From an uncultured Trueperaceae bacterium (GTDB lineage: Bacteria; Deinococcota; Deinococci; Deinococcales; Trueperaceae), in contig CAVSGP010000004.1 in assembly GCA_963727505.1 (NCBI GenBank), forward strand, positions 192,001 to 256,000: 64,000 bases of DNA, written 5' to 3'. Both the position numbers and the translations under genes were made by a program. Below the pieces are notes generated by a model that worked only from the letters and a program-made list of their open reading frames with translations, did no database searches and was not told the DNA's origin. Positions 53,023 to 63,306 of this stretch are shown here, piece by piece (positions within the stretch are counted from its first letter, which is position 1; every line of letters begins with the position of its first letter).

Positions 53023-54357
53023 ATTCGGGCGCACATCATCACCTACGGGTGTCAGATGAACGAGTACGACACCCACGTCATCCAGTCGGAGCTGGTGGCG
53101 GGCGGCCATCAACTGGTCGAGCACCCCGCCGACGCCGATCTGGTGCTGCTCAACACCTGCGCCGTGCGCGGCAAGCCGGTCGAGAAGGTGGTGTCGCTCC
53201 TCGGCGAGTTCCGCAAGGAGAAGCAGCGCGGTCGCCCGCTGGCGGTCGGCCTGATGGGCTGTCTGGCCCAGCTCGAGGAGGGGCAGGCCATCGCCGACAA
53301 GTTCGAGGTCGACCTGCTCGTCGGGCCCGGCGCCATCTCGGACATCCTGCCCGCTATCGAAGCGGTGGAACGGGGCGAGGGCAGATACCGCAGCCTGCGT
53401 TTCCGCGACGACCTCGACCGGGTCCTGCCACCGGCCCCGGACGCCCTCACCGGCTTCCTGACCATCATGCGGGGATGCAACCATCACTGCACCTACTGCA
53501 TCGTCCCCACCACCCGTGGCCCGGAGGTCTCGAGGCCGGCCGACCTGATCCTGCGCGAGGCCCAGGCCATGCGCGAGGCCGGCGTGCAGGAGGTCGTGCT
53601 GCTCGGTCAGAACGTCAACTCCTATGGGTTGGGCGACCCCGCGCTGCCCTCGTTCGCGGAGCTGCTGCGCAAGGTGGCGGCGGTGGGCATCCCGCGCGTG
53701 AAGTTCACGACCAGCCACCCCATGAACTTCACCTCGGACGTCATCGACGCCATCGCCGAGGAGCCCAACGTCTGCAACTACATCCACCTGCCCGCCCAGA
53801 GCGGCAGCGATCGGGTGCTTCGCCGTATGGCGCGCGAGTACCGCCGCGAGCGCTACCTCGAGATCGTCCACGAGATCCGCGCGAAGGTCGACGGCGTGGT
53901 GCTCAGCACCGATCTGATCGCCGGCTTCCCGGGCGAGACCGAGGAGGACTTCGAGGCGACGCTGTCGCTCTACGACGAGGTCGCCTTCGACCACGCCTAC
54001 ATGTTCGTCTACAGCGCACGCCCCGGCACGCCTTCGGCCGAACGCTTCGAGGACCTCCCGAAGGCCGTGAAGGTGGGACGCCTGCAGCGCCTGATCGAGC
54101 GTCAGAAGCACTGGTCGCTGGGCTCCAACCGCGCCTTCGAGGGCCGCGAGGTGCGCGTGCTCATCAAGGACCTGGGGCGCGACGGCAGCTACGGGGTGGG
54201 GCACTCCGACCAGAACCACACGGTGCTGGTGCCGCGTGAGCAGGTGAGGCACATGGGATTGCATCGCGTGCGTATCAACCACGCCACGCCCCACACGCTC
54301 TACGGCGATGTCGTCGGCGCGGACGTGAGCGCGGTGCCGCTGGTCATGGCGTCGTGA
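53023..54357 (+). CDS. miaB: tRNA-i6A37 methylthiotransferase MiaB; probable ATT start
   Basis: [23 protein letters not shown] radical SAM motif, TRAM-like end. Confidence 0.95.
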   Translation: MRAHIITYGCQMNEYDTHVIQSELVAGGHQLVEHPADADLVLLNTCAVRGKPVEKVVSLLGEFRKEKQRGRPLAVGLMGCLAQLEEGQAIADKFEVDLLVGPGAISDILPAIEAVERGEGRYRSLRFRDDLDRVLPPAPDALTGFLTIMRGCNHHCTYCIVPTTRGPEVSRPADLILREAQAMREAGVQEVVLLGQNVNSYGLGDPALPSFAELLRKVAAVGIPRVKFTTSHPMNFTSDVIDAIAEEPNVCNYIHLPAQSGSDRVLRRMAREYRRERYLEIVHEIRAKVDGVVLSTDLIAGFPGETEEDFEATLSLYDEVAFDHAYMFVYSARPGTPSAERFEDLPKAVKVGRLQRLIERQKHWSLGSNRAFEGREVRVLIKDLGRDGSYGVGHSDQNHTVLVPREQVRHMGLHRVRINHATPHTLYGDVVGADVSAVPLVMAS

Positions 54358-54821
54358 GCGCGCGTGCGCCCGGCCCGCCCGCGGCAGCCGTCACGCGCGA
54401 TCTCGCTGCCACCGTGTTCGTGGCCTGGCGCGGCCACCTGCTGATGCACCGCCACCGCAAGCTCGGCATGTGGCTCCCCTGCGGCGGTCACGTCGAGCCT
54501 CACGAGCTTCCCGACGACGCAGCTGTGCGCGAAGTGCTCGAGGAGTCGGGCGTGCACGTGGAGCTGGTGGGCGAGCGGGCGCTGGCGCTGCCGGCGCCGC
54601 GTCAGCTGATGCGGCCGCGCGGCGTCCAGCTCGAGACGATCCGGGAGGATCACGAGCACATCGACCTCATCTACTTCGGTCGCCCGGTCGAGCCCTACGA
54701 CGGCAGTCTTTCGGCCGACCAGGACGGGCTCGGCTGGTACGACGCCGCGTCTCTGCAGCGACTCGACCTCACCGACGAGGTACGGGCCTGGACCGAGCTC
54801 GCCCTCGTGGAGCTGGGCTGA
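54354..54821 (+). CDS. NUDIX hydrolase
   Basis: [15 protein letters not shown].......[18 protein letters not shown]. Confidence 0.9.
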   Translation: MSARAPGPPAAAVTRDLAATVFVAWRGHLLMHRHRKLGMWLPCGGHVEPHELPDDAAVREVLEESGVHVELVGERALALPAPRQLMRPRGVQLETIREDHEHIDLIYFGRPVEPYDGSLSADQDGLGWYDAASLQRLDLTDEVRAWTELALVELG

Positions 54822-54890
54822 CGCTCCACGACCTCCGTCCGAATACACAGAACGCCGTCCTGCAGCGCGTTCGGGTGCGTAGGGCGGCGC

Positions 54891-54920
54891 TTGTCCCGTC
54901 GTCGACGCGGTGTGTATACT
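54891..54920 (+). promoter_or_regulatory. Promoter for tRNA Pro-Gly-Arg cluster
   Basis: TTGTCC-18nt-TATACT. Confidence 0.65.
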
Positions 54921-54981
54921 TTGGTGCCGCCGGGCCGCAGGGCCCGCTGGGCGAGCGGCGGCCGAACGCCGTGAGACGGTA

Positions 54982-55058
<77 letters not shown>

Positions 55059-55092
55059 GCCACGCGGCGGCCGCGCCCGGCGCCGCACGCGC

Positions 55093-55168
55093 GCGGGAGT
55101 AGCTCAGTTGGTAGAGCGACAGCCTTCCAAGCTGTATGTCGCGGGTTCGAATCCCGTCTCCCGCTCCA
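55093..55168 (+). tRNA. tRNA-Gly(TCC)
   Basis: GCGGGAG...CTCCCGC-T-CCA; ACAGC-CTTCCAA-GCTGT. Confidence 0.97.
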
Positions 55169-55220
55169 ACCGCCCGCGTTCCGGGCCCCTCCGGGGCCCG
55201 GAACCCAAACGGCGACGCAC

Positions 55221-55296
55221 GCACCAGTAGCTCAGTGGATAGAGCAGCCGCCTTCTAAGCGGTAGGTCGAGGGTTCGAGTCCTTCCTGGTGCACCA
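55221..55296 (+). tRNA. tRNA-Arg(TCT)
   Basis: GCACCAG...CTGGTGC-A-CCA; GCCGC-CTTCTAA-GCGGT. Confidence 0.97.
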
Positions 55297-55453
55297 GTAT
55301 CCCCTGGGACGCGAATCCGCGCCAAGGCGATCGGCGCGGACACCTCCCTTGGGCCCCCGCCGTCGCGGGAGTTGGCGGGATGGACACCTTGGCTATGCTG
55401 TGAGCGTCCTGAGACCTTGGCGTGAGCCGCGCCTCCGCGAGAATGGGAGCACC

Positions 55454-56326
55454 ATGAAACAGACACGATCGTGTGGTCTGCTACTGGCAGCGTTGGTCCT
55501 TTTCGGCACGACTGCGTGCAGTACGGCGACCGGAGCCGGAGGTTCTTCGGGGGGCTCCGGTGGCTCATCCACCGCTGTTCCGCGACCGGATCACGTCGTC
55601 ATCGTGATCGAGGAGAACCACGTCTTCACCGACATCTACGGCAACGGTGCCGCGCCCTACATGACGAGCCTCGCCGATGGCGGGGCCCTGTTCACGCAGT
55701 CGCACGGCGTCGAGCACCCCAGCGAGCCCAACTACCTCGACCTGTTCTCGGGCTCCAACCAGGGCGTGACGGACGACTCCTGCCCGCACACCTTCACGAC
55801 CCCGAACCTCGCCAACGCGCTGATGGACGCGGGCTTCACCTTCGGGGCCTACTCGGAGGACCTCCCGAGCGCTGGAAGCACCGTGTGCTCCCATCAGAAG
55901 TACGCAAGGAAGCACGACCCCTGGGTGAACTGGCCCGGTATCCCCGGCGGCACCGCGATGCCCTTCACCGGTTTCCCGAGTGATTACTCCACGCTTCCGG
56001 ACGTTTCGTTCGTGATTCCCAACCTCGACCACGACATGCACGACGGCAGCGTGGCGCAGGGCGACGCGTGGCTCGAGACCAACATCGACGGTTACGCGCG
56101 ATGGGCGAAGACGCACAACAGCCTCCTCATCGTCACCTACGACGAAGGTGCCGGCTCGAACCAGCGCATCTATACGGTGTTCTACGGGCAGCATGTGAAG
56201 CAGGGAAGCTATCCGGAGCGTATCGACCACTTCTATGTCCTGCGTACGCTCGAGGACATGTACGGGTTGAGCCCGATGGGCTCCAGCGCCTCCGCAACAC
56301 CCATCACGGATGTCTGGGAGCCGTAG
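55454..56326 (+). CDS. Phosphoesterase/acid phosphatase (SapM-like) lipoprotein
   Basis: Lipobox TTAC; HVVIVIEENH, HPSEPNY, RKHDPW, DMHDG, TYDE. Confidence 0.9.
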   Translation: MKQTRSCGLLLAALVLFGTTACSTATGAGGSSGGSGGSSTAVPRPDHVVIVIEENHVFTDIYGNGAAPYMTSLADGGALFTQSHGVEHPSEPNYLDLFSGSNQGVTDDSCPHTFTTPNLANALMDAGFTFGAYSEDLPSAGSTVCSHQKYARKHDPWVNWPGIPGGTAMPFTGFPSDYSTLPDVSFVIPNLDHDMHDGSVAQGDAWLETNIDGYARWAKTHNSLLIVTYDEGAGSNQRIYTVFYGQHVKQGSYPERIDHFYVLRTLEDMYGLSPMGSSASATPITDVWEP

Positions 56327-56590
56327 CTGACGCCGAGGAACACCGCGACGTTGTCCGCAACGTTGTCCACGACTTTGTCCGCGACGTCGTCCTCACCGCT
56401 GTTGGCAACGCTCAGGTCGGGGTGGCCACCACCGGTCAAGTCGATCGCACATTCGGGTCGGTCGCAACGAGCGCGGACGGCCCCGTTCCGGCTGTCGCAC
56501 CGGGGTGGGGCCGGCAGGCGGTCGCGGCGAGCCCGTAGAGCAGCGTGACCGTCTCGCCGCCGGCGTTCGCCACCGCCAGGTCGGCGCGGA
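56327..56590 (-). pseudogene. FG-GAP/VCBS-repeat gene remnant
   Basis: ADLAVANAGGETVTLLYG and DLTGGGHPDLSVANSG...VAVFLG in different frames; 4 x 12-bp tandem repeat 56344-56391. Confidence 0.55.
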
Positions 56591-56687
56591 GCGCTCGTGC
56601 GGTAGCGCGGCTGGGCCGTGCATCGGACCTGCCACCTGCTACGATGAACCGCACGAACGACAACGTGGGGGTCACGGGAGGGACATC

Positions 56688-58349
56688 ATGGTCAAGCCGA
56701 CCCTGATGGCAGTCGACGACGATCCGCAGGTGCTCACGGCCGTCGCCAGCGACCTGAAGCGCCGCTACGGCGAGCAGTACCGCGTGCTCTCGGCCGGCTC
56801 AGGCGCGGCCGGGCTTGAGCTGGCGCATAAGCTCCGGCTTCGCAACGACGAGGTCGCGCTGTTCCTGTCCGACCAGCGCATGCCCCAGATGACCGGCACG
56901 GAGTTCCTGGCGCAGGCCAGCGAGATCTTCCCGCGCGCCAAGCGCATCCTTCTGACGGCCTACGCCGATACCAACGCCGCCATCGAGGCGATCAACCGGG
57001 CAGACGTCCACTACTACCTGTTGAAGCCGTGGCATCCGCCGGAAGAGAAGCTGTTCCCGGTATTGGACGACTTCCTCGACGATTGGCAGGCGCACTACCG
57101 GCCGCCGTTCGAGGGGTTGCGGCTGCTCGCCTACCGCTGGACCCGGGACGCCTACGCCCTGAAGAACTTCCTTGCCAGGAACCAGGTCCCCTACCACTTC
57201 CTGGACGTGGAGACCGTTCCCGAGGCGAGGAACCTTCGCGCCGACGCCGAGCTCTCCGACGCCCAGCTTCCCGCCATCGTCTTCCAGGACGGAACGGTGC
57301 TTCCCAACGCCGATGCGCCACAGGTCGCCGAGCGCCTCGGGCTCAAGACCCACGCCGACGCCGCCTTCTACGACCTCGTCATCATCGGCGCCGGACCCGC
57401 CGGGCTTGCCGCCGCCGTGTACGGCGCCAGCGAAGGGCTCCGCACGCTGCTGGTCGAGCGCGACGCCCCCGGTGGCCAGGCCGGCGAGAGCTCCCGCATC
57501 GAGAACTACCTCGGGTTCCCCGCCGGCATCGCCGGAAGCGAGCTGTCGCGGCGCGCCACGACGCAGGCGCGCCGCTTCGGCGTCGACATCCTCGTTCCGC
57601 AGGAGGCGGTGGCGGTCCACGTCGACGGCCCGGGCCGTCGGACCGTCTTCGCCGACGGCAGCGAGATCCTCAGCCACGTGCTTCTGATCGCCAGCGGGGT
57701 GTCGTACCGCCGCCTGGAGGCGCCGGGGCTGCACGAGCTCACCGGCACCGGCGTCTACTACGGAGCAGCCGCCACCGAGGCCCCCACCGTGGAGGGACGC
57801 GATGCGTACGTGGTAGGCGGAGGCAACTCGGCCGGTCAGGCAGCCATGTACTTCTCCCGTTTCGCGCAAAGCGTCACCATCCTGATCCGAGGAGAGAGCC
57901 TCGCGTCCTCGATGTCGCAGTACCTCATCGACCAGATCGATGCCACGCCCAACATCACGGTGCGCAACAACACCCGGGTGGTGGAAGCGCGGGGCGAGAA
58001 GAACCTCGAGCAGCTCGTGATCCGGGACGGCTCCACCGATACCACCGAGGTCGTCGAGGCCGCCGGGCTCTTCGTGTTCATCGGCGCCCTGCCCCACACC
58101 GAGTGGCTCGACGGCCTGGTGCGGCGCGATCCCAAGGGCTTCGTGCTGACCGGTCCGGACCTGACCGATGACGGCGGACGCTTGCGGAACTGGCCCCTGG
58201 AACGCGACCCCTACCCCTTCGAGACCAGCGTGCCCGGGATCTTCGCCGCCGGCGACGTGCGCAGCGGATCGGTCAAGCGGGTGGCCTCCGGCGTGGGCGA
58301 GGGCTCGGTCTCGGTGTCGTCGATCCACCGCTACCTGGCCGAGCTGTGA
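56688..58349 (+). CDS. Response-regulator receiver fused to TrxB-like FAD oxidoreductase
   Basis: REC (VDDD, SDQRMP, LTAY, KPW); GAGPAG, IENYLGFP, GGGNSAGQ, AAGDV; GGAGG RBS. Confidence 0.93.
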   Translation: MVKPTLMAVDDDPQVLTAVASDLKRRYGEQYRVLSAGSGAAGLELAHKLRLRNDEVALFLSDQRMPQMTGTEFLAQASEIFPRAKRILLTAYADTNAAIEAINRADVHYYLLKPWHPPEEKLFPVLDDFLDDWQAHYRPPFEGLRLLAYRWTRDAYALKNFLARNQVPYHFLDVETVPEARNLRADAELSDAQLPAIVFQDGTVLPNADAPQVAERLGLKTHADAAFYDLVIIGAGPAGLAAAVYGASEGLRTLLVERDAPGGQAGESSRIENYLGFPAGIAGSELSRRATTQARRFGVDILVPQEAVAVHVDGPGRRTVFADGSEILSHVLLIASGVSYRRLEAPGLHELTGTGVYYGAAATEAPTVEGRDAYVVGGGNSAGQAAMYFSRFAQSVTILIRGESLASSMSQYLIDQIDATPNITVRNNTRVVEARGEKNLEQLVIRDGSTDTTEVVEAAGLFVFIGALPHTEWLDGLVRRDPKGFVLTGPDLTDDGGRLRNWPLERDPYPFETSVPGIFAAGDVRSGSVKRVASGVGEGSVSVSSIHRYLAEL

Positions 58350-59749
58350 TCGACCCGCAGGAGCTCCGGAAGGTCACCGCCTTCGCCGACCTGGCGGACG
58401 ACGACCTGCAGTGGCTCGCAGAGCGAGCCGAGATGCGGACCTTCGAGCCCGGTGATGCACTGATGGTGGAAGGCGACGCCACCGTAGAGATGATCGCCCT
58501 CCTCGAAGGCGAGATCACCTGGCGGAAAGAGAAGGAACCGTCCGACGGGCTGGTGATCGTCGGACGGGGCGGTGACATCACGGGACTGATGCCGCATTCA
58601 CGGATGACGCACACTCCCGTGACGTTGCGGGCGGTGGTCCGCACGCGTACCGCGAACTTCCCGAAGGCGATCTTCCCCGCCATGCTGGAACGCATGCCGG
58701 TGCTGCACGTGCGGTTGGCATCGATCGTGATCGACCGTTCGCGGGAGTTCACCCGCCACGGCGAACAACGCGAGAAGCTGATGAGCCTCGGTAGGCTGGC
58801 CGCCGGCCTGGCGCACGAGTTGAACAACCCCGCAGCGGCCATCCAGCAGCGTACGGACGGGCTCGCTCGGCGCCTCGACGACCTCAGCGCCATGGCGCTG
58901 CGCGGACTCGCGCCGGGCGCCGCAGAGGCGCTCAGGGAGCGCGTTCCTGTCATCGTCGGGAAGCCGTCGACCGGTGGGCCGGCTCTCATCCTCGACGCGC
59001 TCGAGCGAAGCGACGCCGAAGAAGCGGTGACGCGCTGGCTCGAAACGCGCGACCTGCCGGACCCATGGGCGGCCGCCGAAACACTGGTCGGCGCCGGACT
59101 CTCGACAGCCGACCTGGAGCAGCTGACCGACGGCGTACCCGATGACGCCGTGGGCGCAGGCCTGGAGTGGCTGACGGCGGACCTTGCGCTCCGGCGCCTG
59201 GTGGCCGACATCGCCGACGCCACGGGCAGGATCGTCGAGCTCATCGCCGCGGTCAAGGCCTACTCCAACATGGACCGGGCCCCACGCAGTCAAGAGATCG
59301 ACCTGCGCGCGGGGATCCGGTCGACCCTCGCCATGCTGAGCCACAGACTTCGCAGCAAGAACGCGGTGCTCCGAACCGATTTCGCTACAGACACGCCGCG
59401 CGTGGCCGGCAACCCGGCGGAGCTCAACCAGGTCTGGATGAACCTCCTGGACAACGCCATCGACGCCATCGACGAGGGCGGCGAGATCACCGTTCGCACC
59501 TCGGGCGCGGCAGGACGCGCCGTGATCGCGATCCTCGACGACGGGCCCGGCATCCCCGACGAGATCAAGGCGCACATCTTCGAGCCCTTCTACACCACCA
59601 AGGACGTCGGTGAGGGCACCGGCCTGGGGCTCGACGTGGTGCGCCGCATCGTCGAGCGGCACAGGGGCGACGTGACCGTGGAGTCGGAACCGGGACGCAC
59701 CAGCTTCGAGATTCGACTCCCACCCGTGGATGCCGCGGCGGCGCAATGA
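58346..59749 (+). CDS. Cytoplasmic histidine kinase with N-terminal cNMP-binding domain (paralog 1)
   Basis: AHELNNP H box, NQVWMNLLDNA, DDGPG, GTGLGL; no TM segment. Confidence 0.92.
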   Translation: MIDPQELRKVTAFADLADDDLQWLAERAEMRTFEPGDALMVEGDATVEMIALLEGEITWRKEKEPSDGLVIVGRGGDITGLMPHSRMTHTPVTLRAVVRTRTANFPKAIFPAMLERMPVLHVRLASIVIDRSREFTRHGEQREKLMSLGRLAAGLAHELNNPAAAIQQRTDGLARRLDDLSAMALRGLAPGAAEALRERVPVIVGKPSTGGPALILDALERSDAEEAVTRWLETRDLPDPWAAAETLVGAGLSTADLEQLTDGVPDDAVGAGLEWLTADLALRRLVADIADATGRIVELIAAVKAYSNMDRAPRSQEIDLRAGIRSTLAMLSHRLRSKNAVLRTDFATDTPRVAGNPAELNQVWMNLLDNAIDAIDEGGEITVRTSGAAGRAVIAILDDGPGIPDEIKAHIFEPFYTTKDVGEGTGLGLDVVRRIVERHRGDVTVESEPGRTSFEIRLPPVDAAAAQ

Positions 59750-61155
59750 CGGCCGAGCACGAGCTTCGCCGCGTGGAGGTCTTCGCCGATCTCGAGGAGG
59801 ATCACATCGCATGGCTCGCCGAGCATGCCCACTACCTGGACCTCGAACCCGGCGAGATCCTCTTCCGCGAAGGCGACCCGGCCACAGTCCTGTTCGCCAT
59901 CATCGAAGGCGAGATCCGGGCGCGTCGCGAGGAGGGGCCGTCCGACGACCGTGTCATCGTGCGAACGGCCGGCAACGTCACGGGCATGCTTCCGCACTCG
60001 CGCCTCACGCAGTCGCCGTTCACGGGCCGCGCCACCATCTTCACGCGCGTGGCCACCCTCTCGACGGACCTGTTCCCCGAGATGCTGCGGCGCATCCCCT
60101 GCCTGCAGGCACGGCTGGCGGCGGTGATGGTCGACCGCTCCCGCGAGTACACGCGGCGCGACGATCAGCGCGAGAAGCTCCTGAGCCTCGGCAAGCTCTC
60201 CGCCGGGCTCGCCCACGAGCTCAACAACCCCGCCGCCGCCATCCAGCGACGGGCCGACGAGCTGGCGCACCGGCTCCAGACCCTCAGCGACGTCGCTCGC
60301 TCGCTCCTCGAGCGCCAGGTGGAGCACGACCGTCTCGTCCCCTTGTTGACGCTGGCGACCATCGACCGGGCCGCAGCCGGTGGCGGCCTCGATCCCCTGG
60401 ACCGCAGCGAGGCGGAGGACGCCCTCACCGCCTGGCTCGAGCATCGGTCGGTCCCCGACGCTTGGCTCACCGCGGAGACGCTCGTGTCGGCCGGCGTGAC
60501 CGAGCCGCGCCTCGACGAGGCGACCCGGACGCTACCGGAAGCGATGGTCCCGCTCGCACTCCAGTGGCTCGAAGCCGACCTGGCGTCGCGGAGACTGCTC
60601 GACGACGTCGCCGAGGCCACCCGCCGCATCACCGAGCTGATCGGCTCCGTCAAGGCCTACTCGAACATGGACCGGGCTCCGACGAAGAGCGCCATCGACG
60701 TCCACGAAGGCATCCGCTCCACGCTCGCCATGCTGGCGCACGAGCTGCGCATCAAGGAGATCGGCCTGAAGACCGAGCTCGATCCGTTGCTTCCCAGGGT
60801 GAGGGGGAACCCCGGTGAGCTCAATCAGGTGTGGATGAACCTCATCGACAACGCCATCGACGTCCTCCCGCCGGGTGGGGAGATCCTGGTCGCGACGTCC
60901 CGTTCCGCCGACGAGGCCATCGTTCAGGTCGTCGACAACGGTCCTGGCATGCCTCCCGAGGTCCAGCGGCGCGCCTTCGAGCCCTTCTTCACCACCAAGG
61001 CGGTCGGGGACGGGGCCGGTCTGGGGCTGGACATCGTTCATCGCATCGTGCGGGACCACGAGGGGAGCGTCCACATCGAGTCGGCTCCCGGGCGCACCTG
61101 CTTCGAGGTCCGGCTCCCCGCTTCCCCCTCGGAGCCCGTCTCGAAGCCCGCCTAA
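59746..61155 (+). CDS. Cytoplasmic histidine kinase with N-terminal cNMP-binding domain (paralog 2)
   Basis: Same architecture; LFREGDPA, AHELNNP, DNGPG, GAGLGL. Confidence 0.92.
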   Translation: MTAEHELRRVEVFADLEEDHIAWLAEHAHYLDLEPGEILFREGDPATVLFAIIEGEIRARREEGPSDDRVIVRTAGNVTGMLPHSRLTQSPFTGRATIFTRVATLSTDLFPEMLRRIPCLQARLAAVMVDRSREYTRRDDQREKLLSLGKLSAGLAHELNNPAAAIQRRADELAHRLQTLSDVARSLLERQVEHDRLVPLLTLATIDRAAAGGGLDPLDRSEAEDALTAWLEHRSVPDAWLTAETLVSAGVTEPRLDEATRTLPEAMVPLALQWLEADLASRRLLDDVAEATRRITELIGSVKAYSNMDRAPTKSAIDVHEGIRSTLAMLAHELRIKEIGLKTELDPLLPRVRGNPGELNQVWMNLIDNAIDVLPPGGEILVATSRSADEAIVQVVDNGPGMPPEVQRRAFEPFFTTKAVGDGAGLGLDIVHRIVRDHEGSVHIESAPGRTCFEVRLPASPSEPVSKPA

Positions 61156-61378
61156 CGCGCTCGGCTCCGGACCCCGGTGGACCCGGCGCGAGAAGCGCAG
61201 CCCGGCGGTCTTCGCGCTCGAAGACGGTCGCCGCACGGATCACTCCCAACGGATCCCACGCCCAACGGTCCCGGCGGAGACCGGGGCCCGCCCGCAGCCA
61301 TCCGGCGCCTTCGCCGGTTCAAGGTGACCCGAGTTCCCACGCGCCGCGCCGGTCTGATAGACTATTGGACGCGAGCTT

Positions 61379-61456
61379 GGTGGATGTAGCTCAGTAGGTT
61401 AGAGCATCGGATTGTGGTTCCGAGGGTCGTGGGTTCAAATCCCATCATCCACCCCA
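61379..61456 (+). tRNA. tRNA-His(GTG)
   Basis: G-1 GTGGATG...CATCCAC-C-CCA; TCGGA-TTGTGGT-TCCGA. Confidence 0.96.
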
Positions 61457-61574
61457 CCAACGGGGCGAGGTCCTGCACGGGCCGGCCCCGGCGCCCGGGA
61501 GGGGTCGCTGCGCGGCCCCTCTTCGCGGCGTGATACCAGCCGCGCTGCGCCAGCGGCCCTCCGGGGCGCCTCAT

Positions 61575-61658
61575 GCGAGGATGGCGGAATTGGTAGACGC
61601 GCTAGATTTAGGATCTAGTGGCCTAGCCGTGCGGGTTCAAGTCCCGCTCCTCGCACCA
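61575..61658 (+). tRNA. tRNA-Leu(TAG)
   Basis: GCGAGGA...TCCTCGC-A-CCA; CTAGA-TTTAGGA-TCTAG; long variable arm. Confidence 0.96.
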
Positions 61659-61663
61659 GGACG

Positions 61664-61691
61664 GCAAGCCCCGGGGCTTGCCGCTCTCTTT
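61664..61691 (+). terminator. Hairpin/terminator after tRNA-Leu
   Basis: GGCAAGCCCC/GGGGCTTGCC followed by GCTCTCTTT. Confidence 0.55.
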
Positions 61692-61789
61692 GAAGGCGTT
61701 CGCTCATCGGCGAACGCGCGTCGCCGCCCTGCCGGACCCGGCCCCGCCTCGCGCGGGCGCCCGCGCGACGTGGAAAGGCTAGGAGATCC

Positions 61790-63226
61790 ATGGAAACAGA
61801 GCTCATCGAGAAGCAGGCGGTCAACGCCACGTTCAAGGTCACGGTCCCGGCGGGCGAGGTCGACGCCGCGTTCGATCGTGTGCTGGGAACGCTCTCGCGT
61901 CAGATGAAGGTGCCTGGCTTCCGTCCTGGGCGGGCGCCGCGCGGGGTGCTGGAACGGCGCATCGGTCGCGACACGCTCGAGGAAGAGGTCCAGGAGGCAC
62001 TGGTCGACGCGAACTACGCCGACGCCGTGCGCGAGCTCGATCTCACGCCGGTGCACGCCCACTTCCACGGCGATGCGCCCAAGGAGGGCGAGCCGTTCAC
62101 CTTCGAGGTGCACGCCGAGCTCTACCCCGAGGTCTCCCTGCCCGACGTCTCCGAGATCGTCATCGACGCCGCCCCCCGCGAGCTCGACGAGGCCATGGTG
62201 AACGACACCATCGAACAGCTCCGCAACCAGAACGCAACCCTGGTCCCGGTGGAGCGTAGCGTCGAAGGTACCGATTACGTGCTGCTCGAGTCGCTCCCAC
62301 CCGCAGGCGAGGGCGACGAGCCTTCGGAGGGCACCGGCTCGGTACAGCCCGTGGACATGGAGTCGGCCGCCGAGGAGATCCGCGAGCAGCTCGTCGGAAA
62401 AGGCATCGGCGACATCATCGATCTCGAGCTCCTGGACGACGCCCAGGGGCCGGACGAGGACACGGAGCCGGTCAAGCGCACCCTGCGAGTGCTGGTGAAG
62501 GACGTCAAGGGCAAGGAGAAGCCCGAGGTGGACGACGACTTCGCCAAGACCCTCGGGTTCGAGACGTGGACGGAAGCTCGTGAGCAAGTCGCCGCCAGCC
62601 TGAAGAGCCAGCTCGAGCGCGAGGCCTTCGATCAGCAGCGCGAGGAGCTCCTCGACAAGCTCGTCGCCGGTACCGACTTCGAGGTGCCCGCCAGCCTGCT
62701 GCAGCGCCGCCAGCGCAGCCTCCTCCAGGACCTCCAGGACGACCTCCAGCAGAAGGGCACGACGTTGGAGCGCTACCTGGCGGACCTCGAGGCTCGCGAG
62801 GGGCGCGAGGCGTTCGACGCCGAGCTCCAAGAAGCGGCAGAGCGCGGGGTGCGCCGCGACCTGGTGCTCGAGCGACTGCAGGAGGTGCGCGGCACCGAGG
62901 TCAGCGACGAGGAGCTCGACGATGCCGTGCGCTACATGGCACGGCGCCGGCAGCAGGAAGCGGGCCGCTTCAAGCGCGAGATGGGCGAGCGCTGGCTTTC
63001 GAACTACCGCTTCCTCCTGGCGCGCGACAAGGCGCTCCGCGAAGTCGTCCGGGAGCTGACGGGCGCAGCCACCAGCGACGACACCGGTGCGGCCGAGGCG
63101 GGCTACGAGTCCGCGGCCGCGGGCGCGGCCGACGACGAGGCGGAAGACGACGAGGTCCACGAAGACGAGGGTCACGAGCATGAGGGCCACGAGGTCGAGG
63201 TGGAGGCGCCGCGCTCGGAGAGCTGA
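61790..63226 (+). CDS. tig: Trigger factor
   Basis: VPGFRPGRAP ribosome-binding motif, DDDFAK; tRNA-Leu-tig-clpP-clpX synteny. Confidence 0.96.
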   Translation: METELIEKQAVNATFKVTVPAGEVDAAFDRVLGTLSRQMKVPGFRPGRAPRGVLERRIGRDTLEEEVQEALVDANYADAVRELDLTPVHAHFHGDAPKEGEPFTFEVHAELYPEVSLPDVSEIVIDAAPRELDEAMVNDTIEQLRNQNATLVPVERSVEGTDYVLLESLPPAGEGDEPSEGTGSVQPVDMESAAEEIREQLVGKGIGDIIDLELLDDAQGPDEDTEPVKRTLRVLVKDVKGKEKPEVDDDFAKTLGFETWTEAREQVAASLKSQLEREAFDQQREELLDKLVAGTDFEVPASLLQRRQRSLLQDLQDDLQQKGTTLERYLADLEAREGREAFDAELQEAAERGVRRDLVLERLQEVRGTEVSDEELDDAVRYMARRRQQEAGRFKREMGERWLSNYRFLLARDKALREVVRELTGAATSDDTGAAEAGYESAAAGAADDEAEDDEVHEDEGHEHEGHEVEVEAPRSES

Positions 63227-63306
63227 GGCGAGGCGCCCGCATCGCGCGGGCGCCGGCTCGAGCCGTCGAGGGCCACGCCCCGGCGCGATGGTAAGCTGGA
63301 GGCCGT

